DNA from: an uncultured delta proteobacterium
GTDB taxonomy: Bacteria; Desulfobacterota; Binatia; DP-6
Direction: 5' to 3'
Length of the DNA: 64,000 nucleotides
NCBI GenBank assembly: GCA_963815115.1
Contig: CAWFFN010000012.1
Coordinates: 736,001-800,000, forward strand
The notes beneath the pieces were generated by a model, which saw nothing but the letters and a program-made list of their open reading frames with translations, made no database searches and had not been told where the DNA came from. Both the position numbers and the translations under genes were made by a program. Of this stretch, positions 38,146-46,229 are shown one piece after another (position 1 is the first letter of the stretch; the number at the start of each line of letters is the position of its first letter).

Positions 38146-39099
38146 ATGGACCTCGGGGACACGAGCGGGCGCGATCCGAAGACCGTCCTCCTCGTGCTGC
38201 TCGCGCTGCTCGCCGTCGTCTTCACCGTGGGGTGGATCCGCGAGCTGCGCCGCGCCCATCGCCGGGACGGGGAGCCCGGTACCGAGCCGGGGAGGCCCGG
38301 AGCGCTCGAGGTCGCCGTCGGCGCGGTCGCGGACTTCTTCGACACGCTCGGCATCGGCTCGTTCGCGACCACGACGTCGATCTTCAAGCTGCTGCAGATG
38401 GTGCCCGACCGCCTGATCCCCGGCACCCTGAACGTCGGCCACGCCCTGCCGTCGGTGGCGCAGGCGCTCATCTTCATCGCCATCGTCGAGGTGGAGACGC
38501 GGACGCTGGCGCTGATGGTCGGCGCCTCGGTCCTCGGGGCGTGGCTCGGTGCCGGCGTGGTGGCGGGCTGGCCGCGCCGCCGCGTGCAGATCGGCATGGG
38601 CAGCGCGCTGCTGGTCGCCGCCGCGCTCACGCTCCGCCAGCTCCTGCAGGGGAGCCTCTCCGGTGCCGGCGCGCTGTCGCTCTCGGGCGTGTCGCTCGGC
38701 GTCGGCGTCGCGGGCAACTTCGTTCTCGGCGCGCTCATGACGCTCGGGATCGGGCTCTACGCGCCGTGCATGATCCTGGTGGTCCTCCTCGGCATGGACG
38801 CCCGCGCCGCCTTTCCCATCATGATGGGCTCGTGCGGCTTCCTGACCCTCGTCGCCGGCATGCGCTTCATCGCGCGCCGGGCGTACGCGCCGCGTGCGGC
38901 GCTCGGACTCACCCTCGGTGGCACGCCGGCGGTGCTGGTGGCCGCGTTCGTCGTGAAGTCGCTGTCGCTCGACGCGGTGAGGCTGCTCGTGCTCGTGGTC
39001 GTGGTGTACACGGCCGTGGCCCTGCTGCGATCGGCGGCGGACGCGCCGCCGGCGCTCGCGCCCGACGAAGCGCCGGAGAGCGCCGCGGGCGGGGCGTGA
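38146..39099 (+). CDS. TauE/SafE (TSUP) family transporter
   Basis: DFFDTLGIGSFATTT, IPGTLNVGH, GIGLYAPCM, AFPIMMGSC; multi-TM. Confidence 0.85.
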   Translation: MDLGDTSGRDPKTVLLVLLALLAVVFTVGWIRELRRAHRRDGEPGTEPGRPGALEVAVGAVADFFDTLGIGSFATTTSIFKLLQMVPDRLIPGTLNVGHALPSVAQALIFIAIVEVETRTLALMVGASVLGAWLGAGVVAGWPRRRVQIGMGSALLVAAALTLRQLLQGSLSGAGALSLSGVSLGVGVAGNFVLGALMTLGIGLYAPCMILVVLLGMDARAAFPIMMGSCGFLTLVAGMRFIARRAYAPRAALGLTLGGTPAVLVAAFVVKSLSLDAVRLLVLVVVVYTAVALLRSAADAPPALAPDEAPESAAGGA

Positions 39100-39354
39100 C
39101 GCGGCGGAGCGCTGGGCAGGCGAGCTCGACAGCGCAGGCGATCCGCAACCTGGCGGGGATCGAGCGCCGCATCCTCGTGTACGGCGGGAGCGACTCGTGG
39201 CGAACCGACGACGGCGTCGAGGTGATGTCCGACGCCCGGTTCAAGGGCGAGCTGGCGAAGGGGCTCTGAACCCGGACGCACCGTCGCCCAACTCCCGCTC
39301 ACCCGACGCATGATCCGCACACCGGGCCGATTCGCGGAAGGCGCTGAAAACGCG

Positions 39355-39780
39355 TCATCGGCCGTTCGCCGGCGTCACGGATGATGGTGGTCCTGAAGTT
39401 CCCTCCACTCCGAGCGCCTCGTTCAGCGGCCCGATCGCGAACAGCCAGAGCAGGTAGTAGACCACCGGCAGGAACACCGGCAGCACGATGGCGGCGGGAA
39501 ACCACGCGCCTTCCGCCAGGAAGAGCAGGTTGACGCCGACCGCCGCGAGGAAACCCAGGAGCGCGCCCCACGCGCCGATCCCGAGCCGCGGCTGCCGGCG
39601 CGCCCAGAGCAGATTCCACAGGCCCCACAGGATCGGTAGCAGGAAGAACGGCACCTGCCGGAGGGGCATCGCCGGGACCAGCGACGCCATCGACGTGCGC
39701 AGCGCGTACGGCCCGACGAGCACCGTTCCCGCCACGCCGGCGCCGATCAGGTAGGCGAGCAGGTCGCGGCGGCGAACCAT
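39355..39780 (-). CDS. Small 4-TM membrane protein in the ECF operon
   Basis: Four hydrophobic segments (PILWGLWNLLW; YYLLWLFAIGPLNEALG); starts 3 nt after the anti-sigma stop. Confidence 0.75.
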   Translation of the reverse strand: MVRRRDLLAYLIGAGVAGTVLVGPYALRTSMASLVPAMPLRQVPFFLLPILWGLWNLLWARRQPRLGIGAWGALLGFLAAVGVNLLFLAEGAWFPAAIVLPVFLPVVYYLLWLFAIGPLNEALGVEGTSGPPSSVTPANGR

Positions 39781-39783
39781 GCG

Positions 39784-39996
39784 TCAGAGGAGGCCGCCGG
39801 CCGTGAGCACGCGAAGCGGGTCGGGCACCACGGCGAGGGTAGCGATCGCGACGGCGAGCGCCGCCATCTCGCCCCAGCCCATCGCCGGCAGGCGCAGCGG
39901 GACGCGCTCGTCGCGTCCCAGCCGGGCCCGGACTCGCGGCCAGAGGTCGCGGTCGGGTGCGGGCGTGCCGGAGCGGATCAGGTCGAGCGTTTGCAT
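39784..39996 (-). CDS. Putative minimal membrane anti-sigma factor (70 aa)
   Basis: Directly downstream of the ECF sigma gene; P.RDLWPRVRARL anti-sigma helix-4-like motif followed by one TM. Confidence 0.65.
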   Translation of the reverse strand: MQTLDLIRSGTPAPDRDLWPRVRARLGRDERVPLRLPAMGWGEMAALAVAIATLAVVPDPLRVLTAGGLL

Positions 39997-40003
39997 TCGT
40001 GGA

Positions 40004-40552
40004 TCACTCCTCTGGCTCCAGGTCTGCGAGCATGACACGGAGCCGGCGCAGGCCGTGGAACAGGCGGGACTTGACGGTGCCGAGCGGCGCACGCGTCACG
40101 CGCGCGATCTCCTCCAGCGACAGCTCGCCGAGCAGGCGCAGCGAGCATGCCTCGCGCTGCGCCACCGGCAGCGCGGCGAACGCCGCCGCAACCCGCTGCT
40201 GGATGTCGTCCCGGACCTCCGCGGGCGGGGTGCCGATCTCCGGCGCGTCCGACAGCGGCAGCCAACCCCACAGGCGTCTGGCGCGCAGGCGATTGCGGGC
40301 CAAGTTGCGTGCGATGGCGAAGATCCAGGGACGCAGGGGCGCGCCCTCGCGCCAGCGCTCCCGGTGTCGGTGCAAGCGCAGGAACGTCTCCACCACCAGA
40401 TCCTCTGCGGTCGCCGGGTCGTCCAGGATGCGCGCCAGATGGCGGCCCAGCGGTGCCTGGTAGCGGCGGAAGATGATCTCGAGAGCCGTGGGATCCCCCG
40501 CTCGGAAGGCCGCAAAGAGCGCCTCGTCGCTCGGCTGCGGCGCAGCTGACAT
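40004..40552 (-). CDS. ECF RNA polymerase sigma factor
   Basis: SDEAL..GD..A, AEDLVVETFLRL, PWIFAIARNLARNRLR, LSLEEIA..PLGTVKSRLFHG. Confidence 0.95.
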   Translation of the reverse strand: MSAAPQPSDEALFAAFRAGDPTALEIIFRRYQAPLGRHLARILDDPATAEDLVVETFLRLHRHRERWREGAPLRPWIFAIARNLARNRLRARRLWGWLPLSDAPEIGTPPAEVRDDIQQRVAAAFAALPVAQREACSLRLLGELSLEEIARVTRAPLGTVKSRLFHGLRRLRVMLADLEPEE

Positions 40553-40566
40553 CCGTCATGCCTGCT

Positions 40567-40634
40567 GTACCCCGGAAGCGGGCAGGAAGTTCAATGGCTC
40601 CGGCCATTGAACCCGGGACGCGCCTTGCGGGTAC
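40567..40634. promoter_or_regulatory. Back-to-back ECF-type promoters TGAAC[CT]-N16-GGTAC on both strands
   Basis: Minus: TGAACT (40593-40588), N16, GGTAC (40571-40567). Plus: TGAACC (40608-40613), N16, GGTAC (40630-40634). Centred on the inverted repeat GTTCAATGGC-TCCG-GCCATTGAAC (40589-40612). Confidence 0.72.
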
Positions 40635-40666
40635 CTGGAGACGAGTGCAAGGAGAGGAGGCCGGTG

Positions 40667-40855
40667 ATGATCCCCTTCGACTACGGGTTCGGTGCCTTCC
40701 AGGCGCCCGTCGCGCGGGCGCTCGCCTGGCTCGCCACCCTCGGTGCCGGCGCGACGATCGCCGTCGTGGCGCTCGTGGCCGTCGAGCTGCGGCGAGCGAC
40801 TCGCCGCAGCTCGACCGTTCGTTCCGTGCCGCCGACGCTCCGCGAGGCGGCCTGA
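40667..40855 (+). CDS. Small single-TM membrane protein (62 aa)
   Basis: Strong GGAGAGGAGG RBS; MIPFDYGFGAFQAPVARALAWLATLGAGATIAVVALVAVELRR; ends 2 nt before the next start. Confidence 0.7.
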   Translation: MIPFDYGFGAFQAPVARALAWLATLGAGATIAVVALVAVELRRATRRSSTVRSVPPTLREAA

Positions 40856-40857
40856 TC

Positions 40858-43470
40858 GTGCTGCGCCGCTTCGTCGCCTACCGCGTGCTCCGCATCGCCG
40901 CCGTCGCGGTGCCGGCGATCGTGCGCTACCGCTGGCTCGATCTGCGCGAGCGACTCGGGCGGCCTGCACCGCCCGAGGCCTGGGAGCGGGTGCACGACCA
41001 CGTCGCGCTCGGACTGCACGACCTGGGCGTCCATCTTGCCGGGCTCTTCGTGAAGCTCTGCCAGGTGGTGGGCGCCCGCGCGGACAACTTTCCCGCTCCC
41101 TTCATCCGCCGGCTCGGGCGGTTCCACGACGCCGTCCCGCCGCGTTCCTTCTCCGAGATGCGGCGGCAGATCGAGCGCGAGCTGGGTCGGCCCCTCGAGG
41201 AGGTCTTCCTCGACGTCGACGAGGCGCCGCTGGCGGCCGCCTCGCTGGCCCAGGTGCACCGCGCCACGCTGCTGGACGGCACCCCGGTCGCGATCAAGGT
41301 GCAGTACCCGGAGATCGCGCACCTCGCGCGTGTCGATCTGGCCAGCCTGCGCCTGGTCGGCCGCGCCGCCGGAAGCCTGCTGCGCGTCTTCGACCTGCGC
41401 AGCATCATCGACGAGATCGCCGAGTTCGTCGCGCTCGAGCTCGACTTCGCCCGCGAGGGCGACACGACGGAGCGCATCCGCGCGGCCCTGGCGGACGACC
41501 CGACGGTGCGCGTGCCGCGCGTCCACCGCCGCTACACCACGGGCAAGCTCCTGGTCCTCGAGTATCTCGACGGCATCAAGGTGACCGACCTCGACCGGCT
41601 CCGGGCGGCGGGCCACGACCTGGCCGAGGTCGCGCGCCGCATCGGGCGCCTCTATGCGCGCATGATCTTCGAGCAGGGCTTCTTTCAGGGCGACCCGCAC
41701 CCCGGGAACCTCCTCGTGCTCCCGGGCACCGTCATCGGGCTGCTCGACTTCGGCCTGGCCAAGGAGCTGCCCCCCGGCTTCGGCACCGCGGTCGGCGAGC
41801 TCGTCACCCGCGGCCTCGCGGGTGACGCCGGCGGAGCGCTCGCCGCCGCACGGCGCGCCGGCTTCGTCGTGCCCGACGATCAGGCGACGGCGCTGCCGGG
41901 GCTCGTGCTGGTGCTCCTCGGCGACCGTGACGAGCAGGCCAACGCGGCGGCGCTCATCGCCCAGACGCCGGTCACGCGAGTGCCGAGCCATTTCGGCCTC
42001 ATCGCTCGCGTCATCCTGCTGCTGAACGGCCTCTCGCACCGCCTCGCCCCCGGCCAGCTCCTGGTGCAGCGCGCCCTGGTCGAGGCGATCGCCGAGCAGT
42101 CGCCCGGGCCGGGCGCGCAGCCCGCAGCCGGCGACGGACTCCCGCCCGGTCCCGACGGACCACCCCTGCTCCAGGTCCTGCGCTGGCTGCAGTGGCCCCT
42201 GCCGCTGCTCGACGAATGCGCCCGCCGCTTCGGCGACACCTTCACGCTCCGCCTCCCCGGCAGCTCACCCGTCGTCTTCTTCTCCCACCCCGACGCCATC
42301 CGCGCCATCTTCACCGGCGACGAGGAGGATCTGCGCGCCGGCGAGGCCAACGCCACCCGTCTCGAGTCGATCCTCGGGAAGCATTCGCTCCTCCTGCTCG
42401 ACGGTCAGGAGCATCTGCGCGAACGCCGGATGCTACAGCCGCCCTTCCACGGCGATCGCATGGAGGCCTACGGGACGGTGATGCGCGACATCGCTGCCCG
42501 CGCCGTCGACGCCTGGCCCGCCCGGCGTCCATTCCCGATCCATCCGGAGATGCAGGGCGTCACCCTCGACGTCATCCTGCGCACCGTCTTCGGGCTCGAC
42601 GAGGGTCCCGCCAAGCGCGAGCTGCGGGGGGCGCTGATCGAGCTCCTCGGCATGGGCGCGAATCCGCAGCTCCTGCTTGCCGCTGCGCAATCGAACGGGA
42701 ACCCGGCGGGAGCGGCGGCCCGGCTCCTGGCAGTTCGCACGCGCGTCGACGAATTGCTCTTCGGCGAGATCGCGACGCGCCGGCGGGCCGACGTCGCCGG
42801 CCGCAGCGACGTCCTCTCGCTCCTCGTCCAGGCGCGCGACGAGGACGGCCGCCTCCTCGACGATCAGGCCCTGCGCGACGAGCTGGTGACGATTCTCCTC
42901 GCGGGTCACGAGACCACGGCGACGGCGCTGGCGTGGGCCGTGAGCCATGTCCTCGCGCACCCCGACGTGCGCCGGCGGTTGCACGACGAGCTGCGCGGCG
43001 CCGGTCCCGCTCCGCTCGATCCGCAGCGCGTCACCCGCCTCGAGTACCTCGACGCGGTGTGCCGCGAGACCCTCCGCCTGACGCCCATCCTGCCGATCGT
43101 GGGCCGCCGGCTGACCCGGCCGATGCGCCTGGGAGGCGTCGACCTGCCTGCCGGGGCGGTGGCGGCTCCGTGCATCTATCTGGCCCACCGCCGCGTCGAG
43201 CGCTGGCCGGAGCCCGAGCGCTTCCGGCCCGAGCGCTTCCTCGAGAGCAAGCCCACGCCGTACGAGTTCTTCCCCTTCGGCGGCGGCGTGCGCCGCTGCC
43301 TCGGCATGGCGTTCGCGCTCGCCGAGATGAAGATCGTCCTCGCCGAGGTGCTCACCCGGGTCGAGCTCACGGCAGCGCCCGGCTACCAGGTCCGGGTGGT
43401 TCGCCGCAGCGTCACCCTGGCGCCGTCGGAGGGCATGCCGGTCGTGGTCGAGCGTCGGGCGGCTGCCTGA
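40858..43470 (+). CDS. UbiB/AarF/ABC1 atypical kinase fused to cytochrome P450 (870 aa)
   Basis: ABC1: VKLCQ (KxGQ-like), AAASLAQVHRA, VAIKVQYP, FQGDPHPGN, LLDFG. P450: LPPGP, AGHETTA, ETLR, PERF, FGGGVRRCLGMAFA. One uninterrupted frame. Confidence 0.9.
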   Translation: MLRRFVAYRVLRIAAVAVPAIVRYRWLDLRERLGRPAPPEAWERVHDHVALGLHDLGVHLAGLFVKLCQVVGARADNFPAPFIRRLGRFHDAVPPRSFSEMRRQIERELGRPLEEVFLDVDEAPLAAASLAQVHRATLLDGTPVAIKVQYPEIAHLARVDLASLRLVGRAAGSLLRVFDLRSIIDEIAEFVALELDFAREGDTTERIRAALADDPTVRVPRVHRRYTTGKLLVLEYLDGIKVTDLDRLRAAGHDLAEVARRIGRLYARMIFEQGFFQGDPHPGNLLVLPGTVIGLLDFGLAKELPPGFGTAVGELVTRGLAGDAGGALAAARRAGFVVPDDQATALPGLVLVLLGDRDEQANAAALIAQTPVTRVPSHFGLIARVILLLNGLSHRLAPGQLLVQRALVEAIAEQSPGPGAQPAAGDGLPPGPDGPPLLQVLRWLQWPLPLLDECARRFGDTFTLRLPGSSPVVFFSHPDAIRAIFTGDEEDLRAGEANATRLESILGKHSLLLLDGQEHLRERRMLQPPFHGDRMEAYGTVMRDIAARAVDAWPARRPFPIHPEMQGVTLDVILRTVFGLDEGPAKRELRGALIELLGMGANPQLLLAAAQSNGNPAGAAARLLAVRTRVDELLFGEIATRRRADVAGRSDVLSLLVQARDEDGRLLDDQALRDELVTILLAGHETTATALAWAVSHVLAHPDVRRRLHDELRGAGPAPLDPQRVTRLEYLDAVCRETLRLTPILPIVGRRLTRPMRLGGVDLPAGAVAAPCIYLAHRRVERWPEPERFRPERFLESKPTPYEFFPFGGGVRRCLGMAFALAEMKIVLAEVLTRVELTAAPGYQVRVVRRSVTLAPSEGMPVVVERRAAA

Positions 43471-43573
43471 GCGCGGGCTGCCCTGGTCGGCTGATCGAGG
43501 CGCCCCGGGAGGCCCGGATGGGTCACCAAAATAGATGTTGTAAGTGCAGTCCAACCCGGAGTAGTACGGCCCG

Positions 43574-43587
43574 ACTGACATGTCAGT
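43574..43587. promoter_or_regulatory. 14-bp perfect palindrome, candidate transcription factor operator
   Basis: ACTGACATGTCAGT in an AT-richer intergenic region, with an extra TGTCAG half-site just downstream. Confidence 0.45.
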
Positions 43588-43671
43588 ATTGGATGTCAGG
43601 CGAGCGCGGTGCGGACCGCGTGAGAGCCGAAACCCATGCCCAGACCCGGAGCGCCCGCTCCGGGCATCGCC

Positions 43672-43709
43672 GACGGATGCCTAGCCAACAGACGGATGCC
43701 TAGCCAACA
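43672..43709 (+). repeat. Perfect 19-bp tandem duplication immediately before the RBS
   Basis: GACGGATGCCTAGCCAACA twice, followed by AAGGAGG and ATG 43726. Confidence 0.9.
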
Positions 43710-43725
43710 AAGGAGGGGGTTCAAC

Positions 43726-45903
43726 ATGAGACTGTCTGCTTTCGCGAGCGTCTTGGTCCTCGCCGCACTCGTCAGAGGTGCCGCTGCACAGGTCGTCCCG
43801 CCACCATTGACCGCCACCGTGGTCAACTTCGACGACATGGTGGCCAGTGATACCTGCATGCCCAACGGGCCCATCACCAACGAGTACGCGGGGCTCGGTC
43901 TGATCTTCAGCGGCTTCGGGCTGAGTGGCGGCGCCCTCATCAACGGAAATTGCAACTACGGCAACAACGGCATGGCGGTGTCGCCGCCGAACCTCATGGG
44001 CTTCGCCACCATCATCAACTACCCGAACGGCGGCGCCGAGATATCTCCCGAGACCCTCACCTTCTACCCGCCGATCACCTACCTGCAGTTGGACACCTTC
44101 ACTTTCTCCGACATCTGCGAAGGGACCAACATGTTCTTCGCCAACGCATTCGCGGAGGACGGCACACCGGTCGGCAATATCTCTTTCGTGAACGGCGACC
44201 CCAGGACGGTACAATTCACGTTCTCGCCGACGCCCGCGCAGAAGGTGGTCATCACCAGCAACAAGACATGCGGAAATTCGTTCCTCAAGGGCGTCGAGAC
44301 GTTCACCCTCGACAACATCGCCTGGATTTCCGTGCCGGCCGCCGCGAGCAAGTGCGCGCAGGGCGAGATCGACGCCGCCGGCAAGAAGGCCAAGGCCATC
44401 GCGACCTGCTACTCCAAGGCGCTCCAGAAGGGCCTCGAGGTCGATCAGAGCTGCATCCAGAAGGCCGTCAACACCTTCAACAGCAGCGTCGCCAAGTCGC
44501 AGGACAAGGGCGATTGCCTGGTCGGTGGCCGCCATGGTGACAACCAGGACGTGAGCCAGCTCGAGGCCGCCGTCGACAACCTGATCGCGAGCAGCCTCCA
44601 GATGGTGACCGGCGGGCAGCCGGGACCCAGCATCTGCTTCGGCAAGAAGCTCGCCTCGATCGGCAAGAAGGCGCAGTCCTTCACGAGCTGCTGGTCCAAG
44701 GCGGCAAAGAGCGGGACGAACCCGGACGAGGCATGCGCCCAGAAGGCCGCGAGCTCGTTCAACGGGTCGCTCAAGACGTGCGGCACTCCGACCCAGCTCG
44801 CCCCGCTCGAGTTCCTGATCGACCAGTTCGGGAATGCCGTCTCCCGGAGCATCCAGGTGCCGACGACCACGACGACCACGACGACCACGAGCACCACCAC
44901 CACCACCCAGCCGCCGCCGCTGGGCGACCACCTGAGCTTCACGACCACGCCGGGCACCGCCAACTGCACGATCGCGCCGACGGATGACCCGATGACGTCG
45001 TTGCCGGCCCCGCCGTTCTCGGGCGAGCTCGACTCCGACACGGCCGGCACCACCAAGATCGCCGATCTCGGCCTGGGCTGCCTCTACATCGGCGGCGGGA
45101 TCGCCACCGTCGCGCCGTCGCAGATTCCGGAGAATGCGACCTCGATCTTCAACACCACCGATGGGATCAACCTGACGGCGAGCCTCGGCACGAGCCGGGA
45201 GGATTGCACGACGGGACCGCAGCCGACCCTGCACTGCGTCAACAATGGCGCCGTCGAGTGCACGAGCGACGCCGACTGCGCCAACACGCCCGGCGGCTGC
45301 GCGCCCGATGCCACCTGCTTCTTCGGTCCCCCGATCCCGGTCAACGGCTTCCCGCCGACCTGCGTCATCAACGTCTTCGCGGCCGACGGGAGCGGGACGC
45401 TGGACATCCCCACCGGCCAGTCGAGCGTCAGCATCAACCTCGGCTCGCGCGTCTACCTCGCGCCGTTGTTCAGCGGCATGACCTGCCCGTCGTGCAGCGG
45501 TGGCTTCTGCGACAGTGGACAGAACGCCGGACAGCCGTGCTCGACGGCGAACAGCGCCAACACCAGTCTCGAGTGCCCGCCGTTCGACTCGCAGTTCATC
45601 TCCACCCTGCCCGTCGACCTGACCCCGCTCAGCAGCGGGACGACCACGGTCACCGCAGCCGATGGCATCTTCTGCTCTGGGCAGATCAATGCGGGCGCAT
45701 TCGGTCAGGCGGCGACGCAGGCAATCACCCAGGTGGGCTCGCCATCCGGAGATCTGTCGGACGGCCTGCCCCATGCCGGCGTCCTGGTCAGCGACTTCTG
45801 CATCCCGGCGACGGGCAACGTCGCCCTCGACGGGATCGCCGACCTGCCCGGTCCGGGCTCGCTCAGCCTGCCGGGGAACGCGACGTTCGTCACCGTACCG
45901 TAG
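43726..45903 (+). CDS. Large secreted Cys-rich protein (beta N-domain, Cys-paired helical repeats, poly-Thr linker, Cys-rich C-domain)
   Basis: AGGAGG RBS and signal peptide; KCAQGEIDAAGKKAKAIATCYSKA..VDQSCIQKA repeats; PTTTTTTTTTSTTTTTQ linker; C-terminal FCIPATGN..DLPGPGSLSLPG. Confidence 0.85.
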   Translation: MRLSAFASVLVLAALVRGAAAQVVPPPLTATVVNFDDMVASDTCMPNGPITNEYAGLGLIFSGFGLSGGALINGNCNYGNNGMAVSPPNLMGFATIINYPNGGAEISPETLTFYPPITYLQLDTFTFSDICEGTNMFFANAFAEDGTPVGNISFVNGDPRTVQFTFSPTPAQKVVITSNKTCGNSFLKGVETFTLDNIAWISVPAAASKCAQGEIDAAGKKAKAIATCYSKALQKGLEVDQSCIQKAVNTFNSSVAKSQDKGDCLVGGRHGDNQDVSQLEAAVDNLIASSLQMVTGGQPGPSICFGKKLASIGKKAQSFTSCWSKAAKSGTNPDEACAQKAASSFNGSLKTCGTPTQLAPLEFLIDQFGNAVSRSIQVPTTTTTTTTTSTTTTTQPPPLGDHLSFTTTPGTANCTIAPTDDPMTSLPAPPFSGELDSDTAGTTKIADLGLGCLYIGGGIATVAPSQIPENATSIFNTTDGINLTASLGTSREDCTTGPQPTLHCVNNGAVECTSDADCANTPGGCAPDATCFFGPPIPVNGFPPTCVINVFAADGSGTLDIPTGQSSVSINLGSRVYLAPLFSGMTCPSCSGGFCDSGQNAGQPCSTANSANTSLECPPFDSQFISTLPVDLTPLSSGTTTVTAADGIFCSGQINAGAFGQAATQAITQVGSPSGDLSDGLPHAGVLVSDFCIPATGNVALDGIADLPGPGSLSLPGNATFVTVP

Positions 45904-45924
45904 TTTCGATCCGACGTGAGCAAC

Positions 45925-45958
45925 GCCCGGCGCCGGCCCGTGTGGGCCGGCGCCGGGC
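45925..45958. terminator. 15-bp perfect hairpin after the secreted-protein gene
   Basis: GCCCGGCGCCGGCCC-GTGT-GGGCCGGCGCCGGGC, 21 nt after the stop; no U-tract. Confidence 0.6.
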
Positions 45959-46146
45959 CGCACTTCCCTCGGTGCGATACGAGACTGGCGGACAGCGCGT
46001 CGCCAGGATCGCCGCGGCGGAGCCGGCCGCTAGCGCGGCAGCGACGCGGAGTGGCGCCGTCCGGACGGGGCGGGCGGCGCCCCTCCCTCATCGGGGATCC
46101 GCGATGCACCCTGCCACGTCGTGGCCGGCTGCAGGATCCAGCGGAG

Positions 46147-46178
46147 CACGCGCCCCCAGAACGATCTGGGGGCGCGTG
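46147..46178. terminator. 14-bp perfect hairpin downstream of amt
   Basis: CACGCGCCCCCAGA-ACGA-TCTGGGGGCGCGTG, about 50 nt past the amt stop. Confidence 0.6.
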
Positions 46179-46229
46179 GTGGCCGGCGGAAGCGGATCAC
46201 CCTGGCAGGCATCCCGAGACGATTTCGTA

